Below the pieces are notes generated by a model. It made no database searches. It had not been told where the DNA came from and saw only the letters and a list, made by a program, of their open reading frames with translations. Of a stretch of 64,000 nt of DNA, positions 23,735 through 37,497 are shown piece by piece. Both the position numbers and the translations under genes were made by a program. Every line of letters begins with the position of its first letter. Position 1 is the first letter of the stretch. Source of the stretch: Mobula hypostoma (Eukaryota); the NCBI RefSeq assembly GCF_963921235.1, contig NC_086108.1, forward strand, positions 496,001-560,000. Reading direction: 5' to 3'.

Positions 23735-26700
23735 GATTGCACCTGAGCTCGAGGGGGAGCAATATCCTTGCAGGTAGGTTTGCTAGCATGGTTCGGGAGG
23801 GTTTAAACTAATTTGCAACGGGGATGGGACCCGGAGCGATAGAGCAGTGAAAGAAGTGCATGGAGTAAAGCCAAATCTAACATATAGAGAGGCTTTGAGG
23901 AAAGAGAAGCAGAATAAGGGTGTAAAGGTAGAAGGGCTAAAGTGTGTGTACCTCAATGCAAGAAGCATCAGGAACAAAGGTGATGAACTGAGAGCTTGGG
24001 TACATACATGGAATTATGATGTAGTGGCCATTACAGAGACTTGGCTGGCACCAGGGCAGGAATGGATTCTCAATATTCCTGGATTTCAGTGCTTCAAAAG
24101 GGATAGAGAGGACGGGAAAAGGGGAGGAGGGGTGGCATTACTGGTCAGGGATACTATTACAGCTACAGAAAGGGTGGGTAATGTAGCAGGATCATCTTTT
24201 GAGTCAGTATGGGTGGAAGTCAGGAACAGGAAGGGAGCAGTTACTCTATTGGGGGTATTCTATAGGCCCCCTGGTAGCAGCAGAGATACAGAGGAGCAGA
24301 TTGGGAGGCAGATTTTGGAAAGGTGCAAAAATAACAGGGTCGTTATCATGGGTGACTTTAACTTCCCTAATATTGATTGGCACCTGATTAGTTCCAATGG
24401 CTTAGGCGGAGCAGAGTTTGTTAAGAGTGTCCAGGACGGATTCCTGTCACAGTATGTGGACAGGCCGACTAGGGGGAGTGCCATACTAGATCTATTATTA
24501 GGTAATGAACCGGGTCAGGTCACAGATCTCTCAGTGGGTGAGCATCTGGGGGACAGTGACCACCGCTCCCTGGCCTTTATAATTATCATGGAAAAGGACA
24601 GAATCAGAGAGGACAGGAAAATTTTTAATTGGGGAAGGTCAAATTATGAGGCTATAAGGCTAGAACTTGCGGGTGTGAATTGGGATGATGTTTTTGCAGG
24701 GAAATGTACTATGGACATGTGGTCGATATTTAGGGATCTCTTGCAGGATGTTAGGGTTAAATTTGTCCCGGTGAGGAAGATAAACAATGGTAGGGTGAAG
24801 GAACCATGGGTTTCAAGTGAGGTGGAAAATCTAGTCAGGTGGAAGAATGCAGCATACATGAGGTTTAGGAAGCAAGGATCAGATGGGTCTATTGAGGAAT
24901 ATAGGGAAGCAAGAAGGAGCTTAAGAAGGGGCTGAGAAGAGCAAGAAAGGGGCATGAGAAGGCCTTGGCGAGTAGGGTAAAGGAAAACCCCAAGGCATTC
25001 TTCAATTATGTGAAGAACAAAAGGATGACAGGAGTGAAGGTAGGACCGATTACGGATAAAGGTGGGAAGATGTGCCTGGAGGCTGTGGAAGTGAGCGAGG
25101 TCCTCAATGAATACTTCTCTTCGGTATTCACCAATGAGAGGGAACTTGATGATGGTGAGGACAATATGAGTGAGGTTGATGTTCTGGAGCATGTTGATAT
25201 TAAGGGAGAGGAGGTGTTGAAGTTGTTAAAATACATTAGGACGGATAAGTCGCCGGGGCCTGACGGAATATTCCCCAGGCTGCTCCACAAGGTGAGGGAA
25301 GAGATTGCTGAGCCTCTGGCTAGGATCTTTATGTCCTCGTTGTCCAAGGGAATGGTACCGGAGGATTGGAGGGAGGCGAATGTTGTTCCCTTGTTCAAAA
25401 AAGGTAGTAGGGTTAGTCTGGGTAATTATAGATCAGTGAGCCTTACGTCTGTGGTGGGAAAGCTGTTGGAAAAGATTCTTAGAGATGGGATCTATGGGCA
25501 TTTAGAGAATCAAAGGGATCCATGGGCATTTAGAGAATCATGGTCTGATCGGGGACAGTCAGCATGGCTTTGTGAAGGGCAGATCATGTCTAACAAGCCT
25601 GATAGAATTCTTTGAGGAGGTGACCAGGCATATAGATGAGGGTAGTGCAGTGGATGTGATCTACATGATTTTAGTAAGGCAATTGACAAGGTTCCACATG
25701 GTAGGCTTATTCAGAAAGTCAGAAGGCATGGGATCCAGGGAAGTTTGGCCAGGTGGATTCAGAATTGGCTTGCCTGCAGAAGGCAGAGGGTCATGGTGGA
25801 GGGAGTACATTCGGATTGGAGGATTCTGACTAGTGGTGTCCCACAAAGATTGGTTCTGGGATCTCTACTTCTCGTGATTTTCACTAACGATCTGGATGTG
25901 GGGTTAGAAGAGTGGGTTGGCAAGTTTGCAGACGACACAAAGGTTGGTGGTGTTGTAGATAGTGTAGAGGATTGTTGAAGATTGCAGAGAGACATTGATA
26001 GGATGCAGAAGTGGGCTGAGAAGTGGCAGATGGAGTTCAACCCGGAGAAGTGTGAGGTGGTACACTTTGGAAGGACAAACTCCAAGGCAGAGTACAAAGT
26101 AAATGGCAGGATACCTGGTAGTGCGGAGGAACAGAGGGATCTGGGGGTACATGTCCACAGACCCCTGAAAGTTGCCTCACAGGTAGATAGGGTAGTTAAG
26201 AAAGTTTATGGGGTGTTAGCTTTCATAAGTCAAGGGATAGAGTTTAAGAGTCGCGATGTAATGATGCAGCTCTATAAAACTCTGGTTAGGCCGCACCTGG
26301 AGTGCTGTGTCCATTTCTGGTCACCTCACTATAGGAAGGATGTGGAAGCATTGGAACGGGTACAGAGGAGATTTACCAGGATGCTGCCTGGTTTAGAGAG
26401 TATGGATTATGATCAGAGATTAAGGGAGCTAGGGCTTTACTCTTAGAGAAGGAGGATGAGAGGAGACATGATCGAGGAGGACATGATTTGAGGATGTAAC
26501 CAGTAGAGTGGATAGGGGAGAACCAGTGGATGTGGTATATTTGGATTTTCAAAAGGCTTTTGACAAGGTCCCACACAGGAGATTAGTGTGCAAACTTAAA
26601 GCACACGGTATTGGGGGTGAGGTATTGATGTGGATAGAGAATTGGTTAGCAGACAGGAAGCAAAGAGTGGGAATAAACGGGACCTTTTCAGAATGGCAGG

Positions 26701-28086
26701 CAGTGACTAGTGGGGTACCGCAAGGCTCAGTGCTGGGACCCCAGTTGTTTACAATATATATTAATGACTTGGATGAGGGAATTAAATGCAGCATCTCCAA
26801 GTTTGCGGATGACACGAAGCTGGGCAGCAGTGTTAGCTGTAAGGAGGATGCTAAGAGGATGCAGGGTGACTTGGATAGGTTGGGTGAGTGGGCAAATTCA
26901 TGGCAGATGCAATTTAATGTGGATAAATGTGAAGTTATCCACTTTGGTGGCAAAAATAGGAAAACAGATTATTATCTGAATGGTGGCCGATTAGGAAAAG
27001 GGGAGGTGCAACGAGACCTTGGTGTCATTATACACCAGTCATTGAAAGTGGGCATGCAGGTACAGCAGGCAGTGAAAAAGGCGAATGGTATGCTGGCATT
27101 CATAGCAAGAGGATTCGAGTACAGGAGCAGGGAGGTACTACTGCAGTTGTACAAGGCCTTGGTGAGACCACACCTGGAGTATTGTGTGCAGTTTTGGTCC
27201 CCTAATCTGAGGAAAGACATCCTTGCCATAGAGGGAGTACAAAGAAGGTTCACCAGATTGATTCCTGGGATGGCAGGACTTTCATATGAAGCAAGACTGG
27301 ATGAACTGGGCTTGTACTTGCTGGAATTTAGAAGATTGAGAGGGGATCTGATTGAAACGTATAAAATCCTAAAGGGATTGGACAGGCTAGATGCAGGAAG
27401 ATTGTTCCCGATGTTGGGGAAGTCCAGAACGAGGGGTCACAGTTTGGGGATAAAGGAGAAGCCTTTTAGGACTGAGATTAGGAAAAACTTCTTCACACAG
27501 AGAGTGGTGAATCTGTGGAATTCTCTGCCACAGGAAACAGTTGAGGCCAGTTCATTGGCTATATTTAAGAGGGAGTTAGATATGGCCCTTGTGGCTACGG
27601 GGATCAGGGGGTATGGAGGGAAGGCTGGTGCAGGGTTCTGAGTTGGATGATCAGCCATGATCATAATAAATGACGGTGCAGGCTCGAAGGGCCAAATGGC
27701 CTACTCCTGCACCTATTTTCTATGTTTCTATGTTTCTACATACAAGATATTAAGAGGAATAGATAGAGTGGACAGCCAGCGCCTCTTCCCCAGGGCACCA
27801 CTGCTCAATACGAGAGGACATGGCTTTAAGTTAAGGGGTGGGAAGTTCAGGGGGGATATTAGAGGAAGGTTTTTCACTCGGAGAGTGGTTAGTGCGTGGA
27901 ATGCACTGCCTGAGTCAGTGGTGGAGGCAGATACACTAGTGAAGTTTAAGAGACTACTGGACAGGTATATGGAGGAATTTAAGGTGGGGGGTGATATGGG
28001 AGGCAGGGTTTAAGGGTTGACACAACATTATGGGCCGAAGGGCCTGTACTGTGCTGTACTATTCTATGTTCTATGTATGTTCTATG
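23735..28086 (+). mobile_element. Near-complete CR1 LINE ORF2 (APE endonuclease and RT) with frameshifts, interrupted by a nested CR1
   Basis: ORFs at 23847-24935, 24965-25615 and 25982-26446 show YLNARSI, ITETW, GDFN, SDH, DKSPGPDG and KFADDTK. The host resumes at ~27739 (YKILRGIDRVDS). (ttctatg)n tail at ~28062-28087. Confidence 0.95.
26487..27738 (+). mobile_element. Young 5'-truncated CR1 of a second subfamily nested in the 23.7-28.1 kb CR1
   Basis: Uninterrupted 377-aa ORF (26508-27641) with [23 protein letters not shown] and FADDTK. Own 3' UTR and (tttctatg)n tail. Splits the host at GDMIE|YKI. Confidence 0.95.
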
Positions 28087-28087
28087 T

Positions 28088-28312
28088 ACACCTGCTCATT
28101 AATTCAGAAAATATCTAATCAGCCAATCATGTGGCAGCAACTCAATGCATGAAAGCATGCAGACATGGTCAAAATGTTCAGTTGTTGTTCAGACCAAACA
28201 TAAGAATCTAAGTGACTTTGGCCTTGGAACAACTGTTGGTGTCAGATGGTGTGGTCTGAGTATCTCAGAAATTGCTGATCTCCAGGGACTTTCAAACACA
28301 ACACTCTCCAGA
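28088..28312 (+). mobile_element. Tc1-like DNA transposon fragment (transposase N-terminus)
   Basis: LSDFGLGTTVGVRWCGLSISEIADLQGLSNTTLSR resembles the Tc1 paired-like N-terminus. Homologous to the element at 63350-63890. Confidence 0.7.
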
Positions 28313-28847
28313 GCAGAATTTCTCAACCAGGATTCCACTCTGTGAGAGGTCACTGGGGATTCCATGAGAGATTGTGATTAAAAAACAATAAACACTGTTT
28401 GTTTCAACTTCGTGTGATGTTGTTTGTATAACAATTTTGTTTTACCAGTCAGGATTGTTAGCCCTGAGCTGAACACCCGAACCTGGAGGACCGGTGGGCC
28501 ACTCTGAGTCTGGCCCCTACCCTTTGCATGGATGACCTCATTTGCATGGGTGATCCTACCAAGAACCAAAGCATAAAGCCCTGACTCCAGCCAACGTAGA
28601 TGGCTAGATAGTTGAATCTTGAATCTTAATTCCAAACAACAGGTTTATTGAATGCCTCTCTGATGTTTCCCATTCCCTCCCCTCTCCCTTCCCCTTTTCC
28701 CAACCATGATTCCCCTCTCTCTGGCCCCTTCCCACTCTCAGTCCACAGTAGACACCCGTATCAAAACCAGGTTTATCAGCACTCACATATGTCATGAAAT
28801 TTGTTTTTCTTTTACCACAGCAATACAGTGCAATACATAAATTACTA

Positions 28848-28913
28848 CAGTACTGTGCAAAGGTCTTAGGCACTCTAGCTATATGTATGTGCCCCAGATT
28901 TTTGCACAGACTG
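28848..28913. mobile_element. 66-bp Tc1/mariner-type MITE flanked by TA (partial second copy at ~22220-22265)
   Basis: TA-CAGTACTGTGCAAAGGTCTTAGGCAC ... GTGCCCCAGATTTTTGCACAGACTG-TA, imperfect TIRs. Confidence 0.75.
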
Positions 28914-29389
28914 TAGCACACAGCACAAATAACACACATGGTTATGACAACAAAAAAATGACACAACCACAGAGAAAGAGAAAAATAAAAGCATAGACTA
29001 ATTCCCTGAGTGGCATGGCCTGTATATTGATCATAATTTGTCCTGATCCGTCAGTCCTTTTAAAGTGTTGTAATTCTTTTTTATAAGAAAGGAAACAGTC
29101 TTTATTCAAGTTCAAGTTTAGTTTCATAGGCATACAAACACAGGTCAAAATGTTGTGAAAGGCAGACTTTTGCATCACATCAACTTAAATGACCAGAAAT
29201 TATATATAATTTACATAATAAACGCAACACTAGTGTGAGATAAGATCATAAGACATGGGAGCATAATCAGAATCAGGTCTAATATCACTAGCATATGTTG
29301 TGAGATACACAATGCAATTTACAAGCAGTACAATGCAATACATAATAATTGATGTAAAAACTGTAAATTATATTAAGTATATAATTGTA

Positions 29390-32300
29390 GTCACCCCTGT
29401 AGCTATTCCCCTGAATAATAAGTTTACCGTCCTGGATACTGTTGGCGGGGACGACCGACCAGGTGTGAGCCACGATGGCAGGGCCTCCGGCACTGAGTCT
29501 GACCCTGTGGTGCAGAAGGGTGGGACGGAGAAGAGGAGAGCTGTCATCATTGGAGATTCTATAGTCAGGGGAGCAGACAGGAGATTTTGTGGACGTGAGA
29601 AGGACACCCGCATGGTTTGTTGCCTCCCGGGTGCCAGGGTCTGGGATGTCTCTGACCGGGTGCACGACATCCTGGTACGTGAGGGAAAGCAACCAGAAGT
29701 CGTGATACATGTTGGGACCAACGACATAGGCAGGAAGAGGGATGAGGTCCTGAAGTGTGAGTTTCGGGAATTAGGCAGAAGGCTGAAGAACAGGACCTCA
29801 AGGGTGACGTTCTCAGGATTGCTGCCAGTGCTACGTGACAGAGATGGTAAGAATTGGAGGAGATGGCAGTTGAATGCGTGACTGAGGAGTTGGTGCAGGG
29901 AGCAGGGTTTTAGATTTTTAGATCATTGGGATCTCTTCTGGGGAAGGTGGGACCTGTACAGATTGGATGGGTTGCACCTGAACTCGAGGGGGAGAAATAT
30001 CCTTGCAGGTAAGTTTGCTAGCATGGTTCGGGAGGGTTTAAACTAATTTGCGAGGGGGATGGGACCCAGAGCGATAGAGCAGTGAAAGAAGTGCATGAAG
30101 TAAAGCCAGATCTAACATACAGAGAGGCTTTGAGGAAAGAGAAGCAGAATAAACGGTGTAAAGACAGTAAGGTAGAAGGGCTGAAATGTGTGTACCTCAA
30201 TGCAAGAAGCATCAGGAGCAAAGGTGATGAACTGAGAGCTTGGATACATACATGGAATTATAATGTGGTGGCCATTACAGAGACTTGGCTGGCACCAGGG
30301 CAGGAATGGATTCTCAATATTCCTGGATTTCAGTGCTTTAAAAGGGATAGAGAGGGCGGAAACAGGGGAGGAGGGGTGGCATTACTGGTCAGGGATACTA
30401 TTACAGCTACAGAAAGGGTGGGTAATGTAGCAGGATCCTCTTTTGAGTCAATATGGGTGGAAGTCAGGAACAGGAAGAGAGCAGTTACTCTACTGGGGGT
30501 ATTCTATAGGCCCCCTGGTAGCAGCAGAGATACAGAGGAGCAGATTGGGAGGCAGATTTTGGAAAGGTGCAAAAATAGCAGGGTCGTTATCATGGGTGAC
30601 TTTAACTTCCCTAATATTGATTGGCACCTGATTAGTTCCAAGGGTTTAGATGGGACAGAGTTTGTTAAGTGTGTCCAGGATGGATTCCTGTTGCAGTATG
30701 TGGAAAGGCCGAGCAGGGGGAATACCATACTAGATCCAGTACTAGGTAATGAACCGGGTCAGGTCACAGATCTCTCAGTGGGTGAGCATCTGGGGGACAG
30801 TGACCACCGCTCCCTGGCCTTTATAATTATCATGGAAAAGGATAGAATCAAAGAGGACAGGAAAATTTTTAATTGGGGAAAGGCAAATTATGAGGCTATA
30901 AGGCTAGAACTTGCGGGTGTGAATTGGGATGATGTTTTTGCAGGGAAATGTACTATGGACATGTGGTCGATGTTTAGAGATCTCTTGTGGGATGTAAGGG
31001 ATAAATTTGTCCCAGTGAGGAAGATAAAGAATGGTAGGGTGAAGGAACCATGGGTGACAAGTGAGGTGGAAAATCTAGTCAGGAGGAAGAAGGCAGCATA
31101 CATGAGGTTTAGGAAGCAAGGATCAGATGGGTCTATTGAGGAATATAGGGAAGCAAGAAAGGAGCTTAAGAAGGGGCTGAGAAGAGCAAGAAGGGGGCAT
31201 GAGAAGGCCTTGGCAAGTAGGGTAAAGGAAAACCCCAAGGCATTCTTCAATTATGTGAAGAAAAAAATGATGACACGAGTGAAGGGAGGACCGATTAGAG
31301 ATAAAGGTGGGAAGATGTGCCTGGAGGCTGTGGAAGTGAGTGAGGTCCTCAATGAATACTTCTCTTCGGTATTCACCAATGAGAAGGAACTTGATGATGG
31401 TGAGGACAATATGAGTGAGGTTGATGTTCTGGAGCATGTTGATATTAAGGGAGAGGAGGTGTTGGAGTTGTTAAAATACATTAGGACAGATAAGTCCTTG
31501 GGGCCTGACGGAATATTCCCCAGGCTGCTCCACGAGGCGAGAGAAGAGATTGCTGAGCCTCTGGCTAGGATCTTTATGTCCTCGTTGTCCACGGGAATGG
31601 TACTGGAGGATTGGAGGGAGGTGAATGTTGTTCCCTTGTTCAAAAAAGGTAGTAGGGATAGTCCGGGCAATTATAGAGCAGTGAGCCTTACGTCTGTGGT
31701 AGGAAAGCTGTTGGAAAATATTCTTAGAGATAGGATCTATAGGCATTTAGAGAATCATGGTCTGATCAGGGACAGTCAGCATGGCTTTGTGAAGGGCAGA
31801 TCATGTCTAACAAGCCTGATAGAGTTCTTTGAGGAGGTGATCAGGCATATAGATGAGGGTAGTGCAGTGGATGTGATCTATATGGATTTTAGTAAGGCAT
31901 TTGACAAGGTTCCACACGGTAGGCTTATTCAGAAAGTTAGAAGGCATGGGATCCAGGGAAGTTTGGCCAGGTGGATTCAGAATTGGCTTGCCTGCAGAAG
32001 GCAGAGGGTGGTGGTGGAGGGAGTACATTCGGATTGGAGGATTCTGACTAGTGGTGTCCCACAAGGATCTGTTCTGGGACCTCTACTTTTCGTGATTTTT
32101 ATTAATGACCTGGATGTTGGGGTAGAAGGGTGGGTTGGCAAGTTTGCAGACGACACAAGGGTTGGTGGTGTTGTAGATAGTGTAGAGGATTGACAAAGAT
32201 TGCAGAGAGACATTGATAGGATGCAGAAGTGGGCTGAGAAGTGGCAGATGGAGTTCAACCCGGATAAGTGTGAGGTGGTACACTTTGGAAGGACAAACTC

Positions 32301-33037
32301 CAAGGCAGAGTACAAAGTAAATGACAGGATACTTGATAGTGTGGAGGAGAAGAGGGATCTCGGGGTACATGTCCACAGATCCCTGAAAGTTGCCTCACAG
32401 GTGGATAGGGTAGTTAAGAAAGCTTATGGGGTGTTAGCTTTCATAAGTCGAGGGGTAGAGTTTAAGAGTCACGATGTAATGATGCAGCTCTATAAAACTC
32501 TGGTTAGGCCACACTTGGAGTATTGTGTCCAGTTCTGGTCGCCTCACTATAGGAAGGATGTGGAAGCATTGGAAAGGGTACAGAGGAGATTTACCAGGAT
32601 GCTGCCTGGTTTAGAAAGTATGCATTATGATCAGAGATTAAGGGAGCTAGGGCTTTACTCTTTGGAGAGAAGGAGGATGAGAGGAGACATGATAGAGGTC
32701 TACAAGATAATAAGAGGAATAGATAGCGTGGATAGCTAACGCCTCTTCCCGAGGGCACCACTGCTCAATACAAGAGGACATGGCTTTAAGGTAAGGGGTG
32801 GGAAGTTCAAGGGGGATATTAGAGGAAGGTTTTTTACTCAGAGAGTGGTTGGTGTGTGGAATGCACTGCCTGAGTCAGTGGTGGAGGCAGATACACTAGT
32901 GAAGTTTAAGAGACTACTAGACAGGTATATGGAGGAATCTAAGGTGGGGGCTTATATGGGAGGCAGGGTTTGAGAGTCGGCACAACATTGTGGGCCGAAG
33001 GGCCTGTACTGTGCTGTACTATTCTATTCTATTCTAT
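29390..33037 (+). mobile_element. CR1 LINE with ORF1 C-terminal esterase (SGNH) part and complete ORF2 broken only by two in-frame stops
   Basis: ORF1 motifs GDSIVRG, CLPGA, VIHVGTNDI and DGLHLN. 703-aa ORF at 30082-32193 continues in frame (32200-32739 and beyond). (attct)n tail. Same subfamily as the 23.7-kb copy. Confidence 0.96.
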
Positions 33038-33801
33038 ATAATAGTTAAATTAAATAAGAGGTGCAAAAATTAGAAATAAAAAAGTAGTGAGGTAGTGTTC
33101 ATGGGTTAATTGTCCATTCAAAAATCTGATGACAGAGGGGAAGAAGCTGTTCCTGAATCATTGAGTGTGTGTCTTCAGGCTCCTGTACCTCCTCCCTGAT
33201 GGTAACAACAAGGAGAGGACATGTCCTGGGTGATGGAGGTCCTTAATGAAAGACCATCATTAAATTAGGCCATTCTGCCCATTGAGTATGTTCTGCCGTT
33301 CCACCATGGTTACTTTATTTTCCATCTCCCCACTCTCCTGCCTTCTCTCTGTAAACTTTAACACCCTTACTAATCAAGAATCTGTCCACCTCTGCTTAAA
33401 TATATCCAAAGACTTGGACTCCACAGCCATCTGTGGCAATGAATTCCACAGACTTACCACTCTCTGGCTAAAGAAATTCCTCCTCATCCCTGTTCTAAAG
33501 GGACGTTCTACTATTCTGAGACTTCCCTCTGGTCCTAGACTCCCCCATGATTGGAAATATCCTCTGAACGTCTTTCCAGGACTTTCAATATTTAGTCAGT
33601 TTTAGTGAGAGTACCTCCCCCTCATTCTTCTGTAATCCAGTGAGTGCCGGCCCATGGGGTATGTGGGGGAGTGAAGGTTCCCCTTGCTTGAACTGCAGAG
33701 ACAGGTGCTTGGGAAGTGATCTATCTGTCAGGGCGATCTCGAGTTTACACCGTTACACTATGCACTAACACCACTGTTGAATCATCTTGTACAGCTCCAC
33801 C

Positions 33802-34156
33802 ATGCTCCCTGCTAGTCTGCTTCTAATAGCCGTGCTGTTTGCCTGGGTGCTGGTGGACGGAGGGGCCAACTCGAACATGGCGGGAGGTAGGAAACTGGCG
33901 GAGACTGTTGCCAGGCCGGACGCCCTCCATCCCCTTCCCGACCCGGAAGCTGCCCAAGCATTGCGCAGGACCCTGCTGAGCAGGTTCGGACTGGAGAGAC
34001 CCCCAGAGCTCAGTGGCCAGGCCATCGTCCCTCAGCACATGTGGGACCTCTACCACTTCCACACCGGGAACTACGCTGCAGTCAAGGACTCCAGCTTCAA
34101 CGCCCTGGAGCACCGCACCTCAGGGACCAACACCTTCCGCTGCTTCCATCACCTGG
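33802..34156 (+). CDS. bmp16: BMP16 (BMP2/4 subfamily TGF-beta ligand), first coding exon: signal peptide and N-terminal prodomain
   Basis: Acceptor ttgtacAG ends at 33794, then CTCCACC-ATG (33802) in good Kozak context. Hydrophobic leader MLPASLLLIAVLFAWVLVDGG. Prodomain motifs LLSRFGLERPP, IVPQHMWDLY and NTFRCFHH match BMP2/4 (LLxMFGL..RP, VP.YM.DLY, NTVRSFHH). Phase-1 donor G|GTGAGT at 34157, the intron position typical of BMP2/4. The BMP16 call over BMP2/4 rests on recalled MxPASLL and HMNSSSHA signatures. Confidence 0.88.
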
Positions 34157-36984
34157 GTGAGTGTCGAATCGAATAAGAGTCCGCGTCCAAATTAGAGTCC
34201 GCACCTGAATCTGAATCACAAAGTCAAAGTCAAGTGAAGTTTATTAACAAAGTGTATATATGTCATCATATACTACCCTGAGATACATTTTCCTGCAGGC
34301 ATTTACAGGAATTATAAGAAATACAATAGTATTTGTGTAAAACTCTGCGTAAACGTGCAGGTTTAGTGGGGTCTTTTACGAGACTCTTAGATAGGTACGT
34401 GGAGCTTAGAAAAACAGAGGGCCATGCAATAGGGAAATTCTAGGCAGCTTCTCGAGTGGGTTACATGGTTGGCACAACATTGTGGGCCGAAGGGCCTGTA
34501 ACATGCTCTAGACCTTCTATGTTCTAAACAAAGACTGACAGACAACCAATGTACAAAAGGAGACAAACTGTGAAAACATTTAAAAAAATTAAATAAATAG
34601 TATCGAGAAGATGAGTTGGCGAGTCCTTGAAATGTGTTTGTAGGTTGTGGAATCAGTTCAGAGCTGAGGTGAATGAAGTTATCCATGCTGGTTCTGGAGC
34701 TTGTTTTCTGTAGGGTGGTAACTGTTCCTGAACCCAAGGATTCTGTACCTACTTCCCAATGGCAGCCGTGTGAAGTGAGCATAGCCTGGGCGGTAGGGGT
34801 TCTTGACAATGGACGCTGCTTTCTTGTGCCAGCACTCCTTGGAGATGTCCTCAGTCGTGGATTCGCACCCAGAGAACCAGAATCAGGGTGATTATCATTT
34901 GACGTATGTTGTGAAATTTGTTGTTTTGTGGCAGCAGTACAGCGCCAGACATAAAAAGTTACTATCAGGCTTCAATACACACATAAACAGTGGAAAAGGG
35001 GAATAGTGAGGTGATGTTCATGGGTTGGTTCATTGCTGATTCAGAAATCTGATTACGCAGGGGAGGAAGCTGTTCCTAAAACATTAAGTGTGTGCCTTCA
35101 GGGCTTTTGTACCTCCTTCCTGATGGTAGTAATGAAAAGAGAGCAATTGATGTGAGGTGAGGCTCTTTAATGATGCACGCCACTTTCTTCAGGTAATGCC
35201 TGGTGAAGATGCCCTCGACAGTGTGGAGGGTCGTGCTCTGATGGAGCTGGCTGAGTCTACAACCTTGTGTAGCTTTTTGCAATTCTGTACATTGGTGCCT
35301 TCATACCAGACGGTGATGCAACCAGTCAGAATACGCTCCCCAGTATGTCTGCAGGGTCTCTGGTGACATACCATAGAAATTTTCTAGGGTCTTTGGCGAC
35401 ATACCGGATCACCTCAAATTCTTTATGGAACAGGGCTGCTAGCATGCCTTCTTCATGATTGCATCAACATGTTGTGCCCAGGATAGATCCTCTGAGATGC
35501 TGATGCCCAGGAACTTGAAGCTGCTCACCATTTCCACCATTGCCCCTCAGTAATACTGAACATGGAGAAGTAATTGCACCCTCTGGGGGGACAAGGCTCG
35601 GTGAAGGCGAGGGGTTAAGGCTGATCATTTTTACACTTCCTGGAGTGGGTGCTGGAAATCCTGAACAGGTCAGTTGGCAGCCGTAGAGAAAGGAAGACAG
35701 TGCCCAATCAGGCGATCATACAGAAACAGGGCCTTCAGCCCGCGAATCTGTGCTGGCATTTTCAGCATCTGAATCCAGAATCAGCATCTGGTTTAATATC
35801 ACCGCCATATATCGTGAAATTAATTGTTTTGTGGCAGCAGTACAATGTAATACATAACAATAAAAACTACAAATTACAATTATATAACTAAATAAATAGG
35901 ACAAAAAGAAGGCAAAAGAAAGAAAAAAAAATAATGAGGGAATGTTCATGGGTTCAATGTCCATTCAGAAATCAGATGGCAGAGGGGAAGAAGCATTCCT
36001 GAATCATTGAGTGTGGCTTTAGGCTCCTGTACCTCCTCCCTGATGGTATCACTGACAAGAGGGTATGTCCTGGATGATGGACACTGCACTGCTACTTTAA
36101 GATGTCCTCAGTCCTGGGGAGGCTGGTACCAGTGGTGGAGCTGTCATTTTTTCCCCCACAATCCTATCAGAACTCCCCTACTACCCGTCTGTGCACGGGG
36201 ATAACTTATCATGGCCAGTTAACCCACCAAGAGATTCAAGAGCAGTTTCGATCCACTGTTAGACTATTAAGGGCTAATCCAGAGGTTAGTACCGGGACCT
36301 CTGTTACCTGGGTGTGAATGTAGGTAGCATGATTAGCCAGTTTGCTGATGGTTCTAAATTTACTGTGTTTATTTATTTATTGAGATACAGCACAGAGTAG
36401 GCACTTCTGGTCATTCGAGCCACACCGCCCAGCAATTCCTCCCCCTCCAGCCTGCCCCCCGATATAATCCTAGCCTAGTCTCAGGACAATCTACAATGAC
36501 CAATTAACATACCAACAGGTACGTCTTTAGACTGTGGGAGGATGCCGGAGCACCTGGAGGAAACCCATGCAGCCATGGGGAGAACGTACAGACTCTTTAC
36601 AGGCAGAGGCTGGAATTGGCCCCGGGCCATTGGTACTGTGCTGACCTCTACACTACCATGCCGCCCAATCTCAGGTTCATAGTGAATTGCAGAGATTTCA
36701 ATCATTTAGGGATATGGGCTGTGGAATGGCAAATGGATTTCAACAGGTAATTGCGAGGTGTTGCATTCTGGACATTCAGGCTAAGGTGGGACCTACACAG
36801 AGAATTGGCAGGGCACTGACGAGTGTTGTGGAACAGAGGATCTGGGAGTACAAGTGAAATTGGCCACACAAAAGTTCAAAGTACAAAGTAAACATTTTTA
36901 TCGAAGAACATATATGTACCAGAAATAAGCTTGAGATTCATTTCTCTGAGAGAAATTTTCAGCAAATCTATAGAACAGTGACTA

Positions 36985-37497
36985 CGAGGCGTGATTGATA
37001 AGTTCATGGCCTAAGGTAGAAGGAGTCAACTTTAGAAAACCTAGCACATTTATTTTTCAGCATAGTCCTCTCCTACATTTACACACTTAGTCCATCGGTA
37101 GTGGAGCATACGGATCCCTTCTTTGTAGAAGTCAGTCTCTTGGACCTCCAGAAGTGGTCCACAGCAGGGGTGATTGATAAGCTCGTGGCCTAAGGTAGAA
37201 GGAGATGAGTTATACAGCTCTCGTTACATGCACGTGCAGTGAGTGATTATACAGAAAGTTTGAAGTTAATAACTCATCTCTTTCTACCTTAGGCCATGAG
37301 CTTATCAATCACCTCTGCTGTGGACCACTTCTGGAGGTCCAAGAGACTGACTTCTACAAAGAAGGGATCCGTATGCTCCACGACCGCTGGACTAAACGTG
37401 TAAATGTAGGAGGGGACTATGTTGAAAAATAAATGTGCTAGGTTTTCTAAAGTTGACTCCCTCTACCTTAGGCCACAAACTTATCAATCACCCCTTG
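36985..37497. mobile_element. Mariner-derived fold-back element (long inverted repeat), TA TSD
   Basis: Arms of ~229 bp (36985-37213 and 37269-37497) are reverse complements. The TIR gtgattgataag..ggcctaaggtagaa occurs four times. Each arm carries the transposase tail EVQETDFYKEGIRMLHDRWTKxVNVGGDYVEK*. TA at 36983-36984 and 37498-37499. Confidence 0.9.

Noticed and set aside
33787..33801. ORF-track start at 33787 (MYSST...) and read-through to 34176
   Set aside because: The upstream codons span the splice acceptor, and the real ATG is at 33802. Sequence after 34156 is intron.
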